DNA of 64,000 nt, from assembly GCF_037042905.1 (NCBI RefSeq), contig NC_087246.1, positions 4,714,001 to 4,778,000 of the forward strand, in the 5' to 3' direction. A model generated the notes under the pieces. That model ran no database searches, was not told the origin of the DNA, and worked only from the letters and a program-made list of their open reading frames with translations. The position numbers and the translations under genes were made by a program. The DNA comes from Lytechinus pictus. Lineage: Eukaryota. Positions 37,708-53,300 of this stretch are shown here, piece after piece; the stretch's first letter is position 1; each line of letters begins with the position of its first letter.

Positions 37708-38919
37708 CTGTAAAAAAAAGGGAGAAATAGAAAGAAAAACATTATGAGATGGATTTTTTTTTATTACTGCATTTCACTTGCATTGATGTTCCTGTCCATT
37801 CCATATCATCTTCAATGTTTCTGATGTGTGTGGGTGTGTGTGTGTGAAGTAGTAGTATAATGACATTCTCTTTCTCATTCATCAGTGTTACATTTTTACA
37901 ATCAATAGATATTTTTACGGTAAATCTGAAGCGCAAGTCTTAGGGGTGTTTCACAAAAATTCAAGTATGCCTAAAACTTACACTTAAAATCCCACTTGGG
38001 ATTGGTATACAATGCATCACTGCATTGGTAAGAACATGCTGATGGGACGGGTGTTATTGCTTACAATAATTATCAATGAGACTACAAGAAATAAGTTGGC
38101 ATTTAAGCATGACTTTTGTAAGATTTACACCTTGCAGAACATCCTCTGGTATTAATGCTACCTCCAGAGGACCATAAACTTGACTACATTGTATATGAAA
38201 TTCTAAATGAAATTCAACAGGGGAAGTGTTACCTCTTCTTTGCTCTCAAACAAGATTCATTGGTACACTTTTTGGTAACCTCTACCCTGGCAATATTCCA
38301 GGAGCAACCACACGTGGGAGGTTTGGTTAAAGTTACATTTCAGCTCTGGCACTCAGATTGAATTAGGCAAGAAACACAGGTCTCATATCAAAGTGCTTTC
38401 ACAAGGATCTTTTTATGTTTGTTGTAAGGAAATCACCATTGACTCAATTCTGCTGAGATTCATTTGCAATGAATGTCTGGGACTTGACACAAATCATCAG
38501 AATGAAAGTTTAGCTGGCCTATTTTTTTTCTGCATTTCAAATAAATTTGAGGGCAAGTGAAGGAAAATCCTTAGTACTTAGTGAACTCATTTCTATAATT
38601 TTCTTTCTACAAAAGAAAGGATTTTCAAAGCTCAAATGATTCTTCATCTCTCTTACAAACTAACACCATTCCTTTAAAGTATTGATGATTGGCAAACCAA
38701 AGGCTGCATTAAAAGGTGTGAGTAATACAGGTTGCAGGACATACACGATGTTGACTTTGTGACTCAAGTTTCTTGGCATAAACCCCCGTGTCAGGCCTAC
38801 AGGACATTATATTTTATTCACAAAGTCTGAAAGATCAGTGTGATAGACTACACCTGCTCATTGCTAAAAAGTATGGAAATAAATAAATCACACCACTCTA
38901 GCCTACATGTAGGTTTTAA

Positions 38920-39511
38920 AGGGATGCTCCAGGCTGAATATATTTTTATTTTAGAATGAAATTCACAGAGCAAAATGCTGAAAATTTGATCAAAATTGGA
39001 TAACAATTAACGAATTATAGGATTTTAAAGATTTGCATTATTCCGGTGAATCAGTTCTAGGCATGTCTTCATGAATATTCATTAGATGGGCTGAGGATGT
39101 CATATCCCCACTTGTTCTTTTGTATTTTATTATATGAAATAGGGTTTATTCAAAAATTTTCTACCAAGAACTAAAACAATTGTATTGACAACTGATTATG
39201 TGCATTAGTTATTTATTGCTGCAATTTATTTCATCATAATGGAGACACATCATTTACACATGTATGAAAACATGATGCAATTATGATTTCATGTAATAAC
39301 AAAAGAAAAGAAAATGTGTGGATATGACATCATCAGACCATCTAATGAATATTCATGACGATTTGCATATAACTGTTTTCACAAAATATTGCTTAAGTTT
39401 AAAATTCAATAACTTCTTTGTTATCCGATTTCAAAGGATTTTTCAGCATTTTGCTCTGTGAATTTTACTCTTTTTATTCAGATATAAATATTCTCAGGCC
39501 GGAGCATCCCT
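38920..39511. mobile_element. Kolobok-like MITE
   Basis: ttaa|agggatgctcc...ggagcatccct|ttaa. Confidence 0.85.
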
Positions 39512-42500
39512 TTAACCAAGTATGGATTTAGGGCAACCAATAAAACTAAAAAGAAAACAAAATTTTACAATCACATCTAGCGAGTAGGCCATCTTTTGTT
39601 ATAAAATTATAGCTCTAAATTACTAAATACTAAATAATGTGTTTCTATTCTTTGACATAAAACCACCATACTTAAATTTCCCCAACCCTTCTCTTTCATC
39701 TTCCTACATGTACAGTAATAAATGATAAAGCCAGTAATCACAACCTCTACTTACTCAAATATAAGCAATGGTATAAGAAAAAAAAGTAACTTTTGCCCCT
39801 TCCACCATCAGACAATAGGAAAATCGCAATTAATAACCATTCTGACAGGTTATAGCTTCTTTGGTTGCTTGTAATATTAATTAAAATCATTTCTGAAAGA
39901 GTCAACCAGGGCCATTGCCCCCTCCATCTCTAGCTTCAACCTAGATATGCCATTGAATATGATTGACTATTTCATCCAGGGCTTATCTTGGGATACAAAG
40001 TATGAAGGAGGACAGACAACTCTTGAAGTCAACAATAAACCTAGGTCACAGTTGAGACTTGTATTTATTCCTTTACCTAGTGAACTCTGCAATTTACCCT
40101 ATAATCCACAGATTATGGCACTGTCTGTAAAATTTATTAGATTAATAAAAGGTTTACAGAACATCACAATATAAAAACACAAGAAGCATAAATTCCTTAT
40201 CATCCACTTTAATTTCCCCTTGAACCAGAACTACATGTAGGATATCATTTGTTACAAAAAACATGAAACCAATCACAGAAAGAAGTCTGCATTTCTCACC
40301 AGGTTCTCATGATTGAATATATAAAAAATCTCAGCCTAATTACAACAATAAAATGTCACTCATTTTCACAATTTACAACTACTAGAAACAGTGAATCATA
40401 TACATATAGTTTGGGAACAATCAGAGGGTGGGGTAACTGTGTTATGTCTATTAAAACAATTCTTCTGTTTCCCACTTTCTCACATTTCATGTTTTTTACC
40501 CCAAACATCAGGAATCCTTGAATTCCTTCCCATTCCATTTCAAATTTAGTTTTATGGGACCCCTTTCCATCTGTAAATATCTTGTCTATAAATCACACTG
40601 AAATGACCATTGGAAGTCAGGAATTTACACAATACTTCAGTGGTTATTTATAACCCTGTGGAGATCTGTGGTGTAAAGCTGAATAACAAATGAAGAAAGG
40701 TCCTTGGACAAACAATGCTTTTACATAGTATCATAGGATTATTTCAAAGTATATCACCTCAATTCAAATGCAATGCTCACTGGTGCAAGGGATGTAAATC
40801 TTCTGTAATGGTGCTGATAGATTCTTTTGACCTGGAACTATATAGCTATGTAAGAGGTTTAATCATTTTATCTTTTTATTGATATCAATATTTTTAATAG
40901 TTAAAAACAAGAATTTCCATTTCTAAACAATTTTTGTGTTTCTATTAAAACCAACTTCATTTCAGGGTAAGACTTCCCATTTAATTCCTGGAGTTGTGTC
41001 AATGTTACAGACAGCTTTAATACAAGAAGTATCACTACAGATGTCGACTTACACATACTTCTACTGCGAATGGGAAAGCTTGAGCAACAAAAACACAGAT
41101 CAATTAGCTTTACATTGAATCGCCATCTTGGCATATCCTTGTTTATCTCATTAGCAATAGCACCTCGATATTTGCTGTCTGTTTGTCTCGTCCCACGCAA
41201 ATTCTCTCTCTTGCCCTCTTCAAAATACATGCTACACCTCAACGCAGGAACAGGGGAAGCGATGGCCTTAACCAATCAAGTAGCTAACATTCTTGGAGGG
41301 TCAACGACGTATCAGGAATAGTTTCTTACAGCAGCTAATTTCAGGGGTTCATATGCATCCTTTTAGCTCTATTACTTTGGATAAATTACTCTTAAATTTG
41401 GAAGTTATATTGAAAGGATGCATGGGTATTTAATGCCATACTTTCAGAGAATGAGTGAAGGGGGTATTAAATAGTAATATTGTTCGTTTTTTTTTCATTA
41501 CATCAGCTTAAAAGCTAGTTTGTGCCCTTACCAACATCTGATGCAGGATCCCACATAGCACTTTTTCCAAAATAAGAACACATATCTCCTTTCTCCTCTA
41601 AACTTGTAAAACCAATTCTTCATGTTAATAATAGGACTATACTTTAATACCAGATTATTTATAAGGGCTTCAATTTATTTTGATTTTACCCTTATTGACT
41701 ACGGTACCCTTTGAAAGCAAGACTTGCCCTTCATTTCCCCTTACACACCACTTGCTTTCCCATCTGAAAATTTAAAATTCTTTAAATTAGCACAGACAGC
41801 TTTCTGACAACAGAAACTGTTATCAAGCTAGCAATCTCTCACATTTTCATAACATTTAGAAATGTAATATCAGTTATATTAAACCAGCTCCAAGATAAAT
41901 GTCAGGCTATGAACTGCAGCCATTGTGGGCGTAAATTAGAGCTATGGACTAGTTTTCCATTTCAATATTGACTACAGATGAAGGATAGCCCAGACGATGA
42001 AGCCTTGTTCAGACATGAGCCAAAGCTCAAAACATATAGAGCACTTTACGTCGGCCTCATGTATTTTACATGCAACATACACTGTGCTCTTCCCTGTTGA
42101 AATAGGCATGAAAATGCAGTGAAAGGAGCGTAATAACTAATATGCAGAACGAAAGGTTCAGGTGAAAGCTGCCCTGCTATATAAACGGAAAAGAGTGAAT
42201 CTCCAAGAAAACCTATTTTTCAAATTATAATCAGCAGAAGACTAGTCTTGTCTTGCAGTTACATCTCTGTCTCCCTTATCTGACATTAATGAGACATTTA
42301 AAAGTCAATGATTAGCTGAATGAAACAGATAAATCCAGGCATTCGAAAGCAACACATGGTAAACATTTTTAAAACAAAAACCAATGAAGGCCCAAAGCAA
42401 AATGAAGAATCCTCATAAGGACAATTAAAAAGTGTTGTGATTGATGGGCAAATATCAGACAAATTGATGAGTAGTCTTCTGAGACATGAGAGGAGAATAG

Positions 42501-44270
42501 TTCTATACATGCCTACAGCGACAGCGTTCGTTCAGGGAGCTCAAGCACTATCTTTCATTCAGATTCTCTTGATGATAAACCATATTATTATCACACCAAG
42601 GAGATTATATTCCTGAAGGGAAATTAGGGAATAGGAACTTCTGGATTCATTTGACAATCATCCCCCAAACCAGGGGGTATATCACAAAGGTTGAATTCTC
42701 ATTAAACTTAAATTTCAAACTTAAATTTCCCATTGTGTGTACTGTGTAGTATGAGCTTTCACCACATTGGTCAGATCACATTCATGTGGGTGTTGGCAAT
42801 GAAGTATGCCTGCAGTAGACCTAACTCTTTGTGAACCCCCCCCCCCCCCCCCCCTCTACATTTAAAATGAAATTCAAAGTGAAGTTCTTAAAAAGGCTTA
42901 ACAGAAACGCTAGTACTAATGTATATTAGAGTTTGGACAAATGCTAGTTATTTGCTTTGGTTTGTTGACAGCTCAATACGACTACTACAAAGCGTGTGTG
43001 TGGTTGCAATTAAAAGAAAGCACATTTTATTCCAAGCATTAACAATCTTATCTAGCTGACTACAGATTGCAGTCAACTCATATTTAGAGGAAATATACAT
43101 GTGGTTCAGGTGCCAGTGTCCAGGTTTTGCCTTTAAGAGTCTACACAGGATCATTATAAAGTTGTACAATACTTTGCTGATAACTTGGAAGGCTCCCAAA
43201 TAAAAAAGATAATTTGATGGGCTGCACAATGTATGTATTGCAGGACTATGTAGGATATAACACAAGCATTAATTTAAATAGTGTCTGTCCAAGGAGATAT
43301 CACCTCTATCTCCTTGGTCTGTCGGCCTACATGTACAATAGCTCACTGATAGATTGGTAACTTTAAAAGAAAATAAACACAGGAGTCATGTGAGTTGCTA
43401 TGTCTGTGCATAAAACTTCTATTTATTAGCTACTTTTCAAACAATATACTATAAACAGTCATGTATATGATATACACAGTATGTAGACAAATTAGCACAG
43501 GCATTGATCATGGAAAGTGATCAATTAACAGACAGACCTGACATAGCAGATAGCTGCACAGGCAGCACAATTGACTGACTGCATGAGTGAAGACATACCA
43601 CATCCTGCACATACTAGACCCATCCATGAAGGGGGACTACATGTAGATCTCCTACACAAGTCTCTAGCCCTATCAAGTCTTTATATCAAATTTTGTAATA
43701 TCTTAGCAAATGATGAATTGAATTGAAATTGAAGTAGCAACCAAATCTCTTTAAAACAAACGCCAATGGATGTTTGGTGGCATAAAAAACTATTAAAATC
43801 CCTATTCATAATAGAGCCTCGATTAATACTGATTGAACAGAAAGTGTACTACATTTTTGAAAAGATTCCCTACGCGTACCTAGAGCAATCAGAGAGGCCG
43901 TTGTCAATACGCTTTCTAAAACCAGTTTACTGGAAACCGTTTCAGGAAACCAGTGTGGAAGATCGCTTTGCTAGCATTCCCACGTGATCACACAAACGTG
44001 GTTTTCAAAATCACTTCACGTAAAGCTTGGAAGATCACTTCCAAGACCGCTTCGACCGTTCTCACTACGCATTAAACTAGTTTAAGGAACGTAGTGAGAA
44101 CGGTGTCAGAGTGAAAGATGGAGCCATTTGAAGTGCTTTGCCATGTATGCAGTCCATTAGTCTGAGCTTGATAGGTATTTCTACTGACAATACTAATGGT
44201 TAAAACGAGCTACATTAAGCAAGCAGCTTCTCCTAAAAGGTAGCTTTCACACAAGCTTTTAATAACCTTA

Positions 44271-44670
44271 TACCCCTTTCACAAACCCAATAAAACCTAT
44301 CCTCCAATTAGCCGCCTAAGAGTAATGCGGATAATTCAATAAAAATTGCGTTCACAAACTCCGAAAATTATCCGCATTATTTTTACGAGCGCCCGTCCTG
44401 AAAAAGGCGGATAATCGTCATGACAACTGGACACGCCCCCTCCGATGCGGTTGTGTTGGAAAAGGGTGACCTTGTGACCGCACCATGGCAATTATCCACA
44501 TTATTTGGAAATACGTTCATAAACTCAAAATCTTGTCCCGATGCCGCTATTATGCGGATAATAGCAGCATCAGAATAATGCGGATAACTCTTGTCCTCCT
44601 CTGATTTTACGACCAAATTATGCTGCTATTAGCCGCATAATTGGGTTTTATTGGGTTTATGAAAGGGGTA
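44271..44670. mobile_element. MITE (partial second copy at ~32977-33153)
   Basis: TIR tacccctttcacaaaccc / gggtttatgaaaggggta; internal atgcggataa repeats. Confidence 0.8.
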
Positions 44671-46139
44671 TCAGTCTTTCATTTGAATTATTTACATTAA
44701 ACTAGAAACTAGAGGAGAAATTTCTTTTCCTCGATTGCATTAGTGTGACTAAACCAGCATTCTTGAACTGTTTATATTTCTATCTTATTCTATTTTTGAA
44801 TAAACCTCTTTTTGTTGAGAAGGGGGGGGGGTGGGGGATGTACATGTAGGCCCAATAGTATTGATGGACTGTTTATATATCAGAGTATTTGTCCTCCACC
44901 TTAATTTCCTTTTCACAGACCCCAATTTTCATGTAAATTGCATAAGTGAAGGTAATTTACTCATTTGCTTCAGATTGAAGTACCTGCAAGCCTGATAGAG
45001 ACAATTTAAAGAAAGATTTTGAATCCTAATAGTAGTACATGACAGTTACAAACTGGCAAACAGCTCCTGATCCACTACATGTAATTCATGCAATTAAAAC
45101 TAACCCAAATATTTTTCTGATTTGCTTTCACTTGTGTGAACAGGCTATTAATCATCTACATGTATGAGACACTGGTGAAAGTCACCCGACATTTATGAGC
45201 ATATGCCTAGCAATTCTAGGATACTTTACAGCTCAGTTTACCATGTGGACACACTGCGCATGATGAACTACGTGCAATGCGAGAACAAATACAGCTCAAA
45301 CAACGTTTAAATCTTTGCATTCATAATCTGTTATGCACAATAGAATGGAATGAATTATCAGCACAATGCAATATATGTACATGCACAAATTACCCTTAAC
45401 ATTTAAAGTGGCAATGATTATGTAATCAAATTGCTTCATATACATGTACATGTATGTGCTATCACAGAGCAGTCCATGGCATGTGCGGTCCGAGAGGTTC
45501 ACAGGGCATGCCATGGATAAAGCAAGGACCATCTTCAATGTACATGTATATTGTATATGTACATGTATATACAACGTGTAACGTACATGTATACGTATAT
45601 TTTCATATTCTCATTACTGGGCAATCTACTAGTACATTGCACCAACATGTACATGTACATGTATCTCCTTTGGTGTTTTTTAGATCTTTACCATGTAAAT
45701 TACACAATATTGTTTGTTAGGTCCGAACAATAATGTTGTGTTCTCATGTACAAAAAGGTGGAACAGATTGTGTTGTACAACGCCTCTCTTGTATGCAAGC
45801 AAATGCGAGGCATCAGTCTGTCCCATCAAAAGTGCACCATTGCACGGCTGTATGAGGTGACGTCACAATACGATTCAATAGACTGTCACCAGTTCGTAGT
45901 TACTCAAACGCAGAAAGGAACTACGAACTGGCTTATTCATTGCGCTCAGTAAATAAATTAATGTGCAATTCGCGTATGGCCTGCTAGCTAAATGCGCAAC
46001 GCTGCCCTAGATATCATGCACGCTTGCGGGAGATGCTTTTTGCTTTCAACAATTTTTCCTCCTGTTTCATAGACTAATGCAGGGATATACTTGATTTTTG
46101 TTCATATTTTCACTCACTTCCAATGCATTGTACAACACA

Positions 46140-46299
46140 AATAGCAAATATTCTTATTCGTGCAATGGTACGACTTTTCGCATTTGGTGAAAAAAGAGAC
46201 TCTATTCAACTCAGCTAACACCTCGTTGAATAGAGCATCTTTCTTTCACCTTTAATATGCAAAATCCTGTACCTTAACACTCATGCCTATTCGCTATTT
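46140..46299. repeat. Palindromic repeat end
   Basis: ggtgaaa...ctctattcaac-loop-gttgaatagag...tttcacc hairpin with extended imperfect arms. Confidence 0.65.
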
Positions 46300-47790
46300 G
46301 TAATTATACTATAGGCTATGTTGTACTATTCGCATGGTACATTCTCATTGTATATTCTCATGGTACATGTATGAGTATGTTCAAGTGTATCATGCAAATT
46401 AGAATCCTGCATTTAAGCAAGGGGTCTTCAAATCTATGCTGTGGTGTTATCTGCAGTAGATGGTAACGTACTGAGTGATAGGAGTGCTATAAACCCAAGC
46501 CATCTAGAAAGCATAGAGTCTGACAAACAACCTTTCTCTCAATCTATCCCAGTCTACATGTATGTATGCACAATTGCATGTATCTCAAAAATGAAGGGAA
46601 AAAAATGCTTCAAACACCTCTTGATATAAAGTGCAAAAGTCAAGAAAGCTTGTAAAAAATGCTTTTAATAAAATGCATTTTGAATTGATAAAACACTTTG
46701 ATTAATCTGCCACTGAGAGAGACGAAAATAATGCAGCATATAATTTACATCCACATGAACCTTTGCCAACAGAATACAATTATGCACACTTTGAAGCTCC
46801 TAAGTAGAAATTAGCATACAAATTCCATTGGCAACTTGCATACTGTATTACAACCATAAAGCCATACAGTTTTGCATCCTAAATTCTTATCGCATGATCC
46901 AATTGATTATGCGATAGGCAGGGTGATTTCAGCCTTTCAGGTGGCTTTATATGCCATGGTCACTGGCTTTATACATGTATAATGTTGCAGACATTGGCTT
47001 AAAAAACAAGTCTGGAAACTACCTTCTAAATGGATTGAGACACAGGTTGATAAATAACATTATTTAAAGTGGCCCCATGTTCCCCATACTCACTGCCCAC
47101 TAGCTAAAAGCAATCAATCTACATACAGACACAGAAAAAACATGCATTGCTCTAGGCATCTCCCACCAGCTATTCTGCAATTCATGAACGTACTTAAAGG
47201 GCAAACCAAACTTAATTTGGACTTGATGTCATTAAAGCCAACATACATGTATGAGCAAAACAGAGTACATTATTGTAATATTTTGGTGAAGATCCATCAA
47301 GAGTTTGTTCTGTTCTTTGTATCAATGACAAGTTTTATCCCCATTCACCTGCTTCATGCAAAATACATTATCATCTTGACTCTAGTATGTATTAAAAATG
47401 AGACAAGGATTGCCCACAAGCATGCTTCTTTGACTAAGAACCTTTTTCCCTTATAAACTGAAATACATTTCAAAATTAGAGTAATTCTGAGGCTTAGGCC
47501 CTACATGTGACAAGCTGTCTTTCTGCGAGATTTTTGTTAGTGTAAGTGGGGGTGGGGTCCTTTTAATGCACAGAAATAAGCAGAAAAATCAAATACATTC
47601 AGAAGATGACATGATTTTAATAAAGTCACTTTAACTCCAACTATTAAAAAAGCAAAAGGTCAGCTCGGTACAACTTCCCTTTATAACAAAAGATGCACTA
47701 AAATGTTGAGTTACAGCTGTAGAATAAATGCCAATTAGCATACTGTACATGTAGGCCTTTATCTACTTTACACTGCTTTATGTTTTATAA

Positions 47791-48749
47791 GGCCAAGTAA
47801 AAAAAGAAAGTAGTTGATCGTCCTCGCGCACATCTATTTTGGCCGCCGCATGAAATTTTTTACTATTTACTATTTTCAAAAATTTGCAAAAAATATATCA
47901 AAAAGTGATGTTTCTCATCCGTGCCCGCTTCCCTTTTTGATTGCCGCATCAATTTTCTTGATATTTACTATTTTTTTAGTTGCTGAAAAGCTAAAAAAAT
48001 ACACAAATTGGCGAGCGATTTTCTCTCATGTGCTCTCGGATCTCTCTCGCACCTTCCTAAAATAATTACAAAGTCCGATATCGCCGTAACTGCAATTAAG
48101 AAAAAATTCTGATTTGGTTTTTTATTGGCAATTTGAAGATACAATCATAAATTAGCGAGAAAATAAAGTTTGCAAACTCGGAAAAAATCACAGATTTCTT
48201 TATTTTTATTGCATTTTCGGGGAACCCGCTTCCTGAATCTGAACAAATCCGTCGCGTGCTTTGGAAATATGGAGCAGCAGCAGGGGTTTTTGGTGAGTGA
48301 CAGCGCCTGTACCCGGGCCTGTACTTAGATGTGTGTTGCGGTGATTGACTGTGTTGGGTGTGCATGACTGTGCTGCAGTGATGTGATTGACTGTGCTGGC
48401 GAGATATGTTGAATTTGTGAAATGAATAATTTTCTTGCGAGATTTATAACGTTAGCTCTCCATATATATACATGCATATATATATGTTTCTACTAATTTA
48501 TTATTAATATTGTGCATGCATCGATCACTTAAATCGAGCCTGACATGGCCTGACAATCATTTGAATTAAAAATAGCAACAAAAAAATAGTAAATAGTAAG
48601 GACCTCCCTCATCACTGATGTCAGAAAATGGGCCGAGAAAATGACTCCTTGTTTTAAAAAAAATAGTAAGATAGCAAATAGTAAGGACCTCCTTCATCAC
48701 TGCTCTCGAAAAACCCGGACAATCAACTACTTTCTTTTTTTACTTGGTC
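47791..48749. mobile_element. TIR element with TAA TSD (Zator/Harbinger-like)
   Basis: taa|ggccaagtaaaaaaagaaagtagttgat...atcaactactttcttttttacttggtc|taa. Confidence 0.82.
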
Positions 48750-49712
48750 TAATGCTTACTGAGATTCTCTTCATAAAGCAACAATTACAGCCAACAATAT
48801 CCAGAAAACAAGACAATTATGCCATCAACAACATAATCCATATATGGCTTGATCTGGATATCCAAAAGCCTACTTCTTATCCATGGTGCACCATAAATTG
48901 ACAAAACACATCAGTTGTGGTTTCATAATTTGAAAATTACTACAATGACATCAGCTGTTTTCCAATTTTTTTAATAATTCATTCAGAATGACTAGGTTAT
49001 TTCAGAAATCATAAGTCTAGCCATAAACATGACCTTCAATTTACCTCAAAACTGTGATTTGGTTATTTGCATATGCTGCAATAATCCACTGCATCTGTTT
49101 TAATTGTATGATCAATATATCCAAATATAAATTAAATTATTAAAACCTAATCATGGAGCTAAAACAGAAAAAAGAGTGAATTACTCTTAAATAACCCAAA
49201 TTAATATAAATGACAAAACCATGATGGAGTCAATCTGTACTCCTCAATCTTAATGAATAAAATCTCTAACATTTTGTTAAAAGCTTCCCAGCACCTGAAA
49301 CTACAAATAATATGACTTAAAAATCACTAATTACAATATGAGGAACATGTGAACATATTTTTTCACTACAAAATGCTGTCAATGAAGTCAATCAAGTATT
49401 GGTGAATTTCACCTTCAAAGTACAACTATGTTAAAGTTCTATGGACATCAAATCTACCGGTAATCATCAGTGTAAATATTGCAGTACACCTTGAACTTAC
49501 TGGGCAAATATTAAGTGGTAAAATAAACATGCATTGTACATACATGTACATTCAATCGTACGCATTGTAGACTTTTGAAGTCTAAAATAAATCTTCTTGG
49601 TCGAATTTAGGAATGGGAATATGGGAAGTGTATCGTGTATAATGAAACATACATCTAAAACAAAAAATTATGCAGACTTCGCAAATATCTATTTTGACTT
49701 TTGAGACTATTT

Positions 49713-50311
49713 CATCAGTGATTTTTCGAACCGGCTCAAACTTGATTTATGGTCAAATTTTCAAAACAATCTTTTTTTGCATATTCTGGAAGCCTGTGAT
49801 TCACTATTAAATTACCAAATATCAGATCAAAATTCATATTATTTAAAGAATAAGAGCCTATCTCAATTAAACCCCTACTTTGATTTTACAAAGCAGCCTA
49901 ATCCATCTTGGTGTATAAATGTATTGTCTCTGGAATGGTGCACAGAGGTAAAAAAAAAAAACCCAACCTAGATGTTGCGCGTATGTGGTTCGTGTCGCTA
50001 AAGAACAATGCGCATGATTTTACAAATTAACCTTAACCCCCTGTTTTAGGTAAAAATAAACAGTTTCTGGAATGTACATGTATACCTGTGCTTCATTTCA
50101 AATATTGAAAAAATAAATTTGAATTGCGACCAAAATTTTGTATATATTATAAAAGAATATATGCTTGAAATTGGTATTTAAATGATTGATCGGGTTTCTT
50201 TAAAAGCCTGTTAAGAGTGTCTGAAAAACCTCCAAACTTTGAACACTATTATCTCAAAATCATGTTTTGGAGAGCAGCCGAGGTATGAGCCGGTTCGTAA
50301 AATCACTGATG
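49713..50311. mobile_element. MITE with 26-bp TIR
   Basis: catcagtgatttttcgaaccggctca / tgagccggttcgtaaaatcactgatg; TSD unclear. Confidence 0.8.
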
Positions 50312-53300
50312 ATATGATGCTAACTTATTTACCCTGGAAATAATTTCCTATCAAAGTCGATGACGAAACATCTTTTTAACTCGAACCATTTGATTTCTAG
50401 AAAGATCTTATTTGCAAAGTTGAGCGCATTATCACGGGATAGATGTACAAGGCATTAGGCAATATTTTACCTTTTTATCACTTAACATACAGTAGTCCTC
50501 CATAAATATTTCGCTCATAATGAGGTTTACAATGCAAGCTTACTACATGTACATGTATGTCAGGAGATACTGCATTTTACAAGCTATGGCTATAGCTTGG
50601 TATGATGCAATTATATGTAATTATTATCCCTCTTTAATAGAGCCATTTTGATTTATGAAAAGACTGGGAATCATATCATCACAGACCAGGAAATAGTTTC
50701 AGCAGGTTTGAACAGATAATCTCTCATCTAAAAGACACACACACAAATTTTTTTTTTTAATTTAACTATTGTTTCCAGGGACATGTATGCTATTTTATGA
50801 AGATTAATTGATCTTATTGCTTACTAGCAGATTCTTCAAATTAGTTTTGGCAGTTAACACAAAGTCAGAATTCAACTTGTATCTACTAGCCTTCTCAGTT
50901 GTTGTGTGAATCTATGACTATCTTGTGTGATGAATGAATAGGAAATCCATGGGTCAAGAACATATTACAAGTGTATCATCAAGCATCAAATAAGTAGTGA
51001 CAGAAATAGGGGAGAGAGACTTTTTGAACTTTTCAAAACCTATAGTCTGGACTATATTGTATGTGAACCTTGCTTCTGCCTGAACATCTCCTCCTTTATG
51101 GTTAGAGATAAAAAAAGGAAATTGATCAGTTGAATGAAACAGAAAGAATTCATACGAACACAGCTTCTGTTTTATATCTTTATCATGCAGCATACTTTTG
51201 TGTTCTACACTAAATTAAAGGAAGTTAATACAAAAGTGTGTCAGCATCACCTTTAGAGCAATGGCAATCTGGGAGATTCCTCAATTTGCAACTTGAACTT
51301 TTAAAAAGTCAAACAGGAAAGCTATGGATTCATGTGAATCTAGCTCATTTCTTCTAGCTGTTACTAATCATGTTACAGCTATCAATAGGAAATCAACGGG
51401 TCAAGAACATCACTGGAACTCAAGTGTATCAAGCATCAAATGAGTCATGACAGATATCTAGGGGTGTACTGTATGAAGCTCAATGTAACCCCCCTGCAAT
51501 CATTACTACATGTAGGCTTATTAATATGCTTTTCAAGAAGATTACATAAAAATATTGTGTCATATCATTGACTTAAAACATCCATGGTCAATATCAACAA
51601 ATGAATAACTGTACTTTACACCTCCATTGTATTATCATCATCAAATACTATCATTGTCAATGCCATAATCACTTTACTTTTCATGCATACTACACAGTAC
51701 ATGCACAATACAGCACAAACATACATGTACATGTGTACAAGCAAAAATACTAATATTAGTTTTTTTTTAATTTAACTGGATTGATTTGATTACATTCACT
51801 TCCTGATCTCAAGGAGAAATAATGTAGTCACATTTTCGCATCTCATAATATCAATGCCACACTCCAGCTATCACACTATTGTCTCTAACGCTGAAGCACA
51901 TCAACTCATCTTCTCCATCCAGCGTTCACCTTCAACCTGTTCACACTGAAAGATAATTTGTATCAGAATAAAAATAACTCCAGAAACATTTTAAGGAGGT
52001 AGGCCTATTTGATTTGAATAGAGCAAAAAGTATCTGGATGTACAGTGTGGGCCTTCAATATCTTCATGATTTATGTCCTTTTTGTAGGCCTAGTTGGTAA
52101 AGACCAAAATTTGAGGTATTCAAATGATAACGTCTCACTTTTTATTCATGGCTTCTTCGTACAATGTTGGATTATTGCCAATTGTGTTTTTATTTGCACT
52201 AAACTATTCCCATAATTAAATCTTTGACCATTGGTTGTCAGCTTCATGTGTCTCAAGAAAGAAAGAAAATGAGCACTCATTACTATGCAGGCCTACTTGT
52301 ATAGTGAATTTTTAGTTACAAGTCTAAAAGAAGGAGAGGAGAAGGTATCACTCATTTGTCTGCCCTTCAAGTGTGATCATAATTTGATTACAGGGCAATG
52401 TGGAAGCCCCTTCGATCTATGTCATTGAATTTCATCAGGGATAGCATATTGGAAACAACACCTTCAGTCTCAAGAAATCTCATCAAGAAACTTAATTAGA
52501 AAATACAGGCAATGGCAGTGAGATGGAGAGAGGGAGAGAGAGATATCATCAGAATGTGAACTGTTTGTTACCTGGGTAATCTGCACCTAGGAAATATTTC
52601 TTGAAAATAAAAGCATGGTGAGGAAATCATTTCTACTGTATGTAGTGAGCGGTCTCATAAAATTTGATAGCATCGATCTAGTAATCTGCCTCTTTCATGA
52701 ATTTGTAGGTGTGGATCAGATGCAGATTGGATGTGGTTTATTTCAAATCATGAGAGATCAAGGATCAGAATAAGCAGCAATGTTTGGATGCTACTTTGAG
52801 GAGAACTTCATCTTGCACTCCATCTCATTTTTTTTATTCATGAACATTATTTTCAAAGAATGTCCGTCCAGACTACTTGAGAGTGAATTTTATGATTATG
52901 GATAAACATCGGATGTCACAGAACCACAAGTCTACCCTAGAAAGAATAAGGGCAAATCTTACTCAAAACATTTTCACAAACTTATTCTACACATGTTACT
53001 CTAAGCGTGATTTATAATTTGCCTTTAAAACTCCAATAGCCCATGGTAATTTCCTATTGTTTATCCATATGAAGTAAACCCCTTTAAGGAAAGAGAAACA
53101 CTTTGGCCTTCATAATGTATGTACTGTAGGTAATACTCATTTCCTCTTTCACAGTTGTTTACTACTTCCATTTCAGCATAGTGATAAATAATCTAAATTT
53201 TGTTTTCATCAATCAGGTACATGTAAGCCATTGATCTTTAAGAAACGATTGATCTTTACGAAAGCCAAGAAAGAGATTCAGTCACAATTTCCATTGTCCC

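Noticed and set aside
40901..41275. 124-aa ORF as a nested gene
   Set aside because: No recognisable domain, and its donor-like sites are out of phase with the downstream PPTC7 exon.
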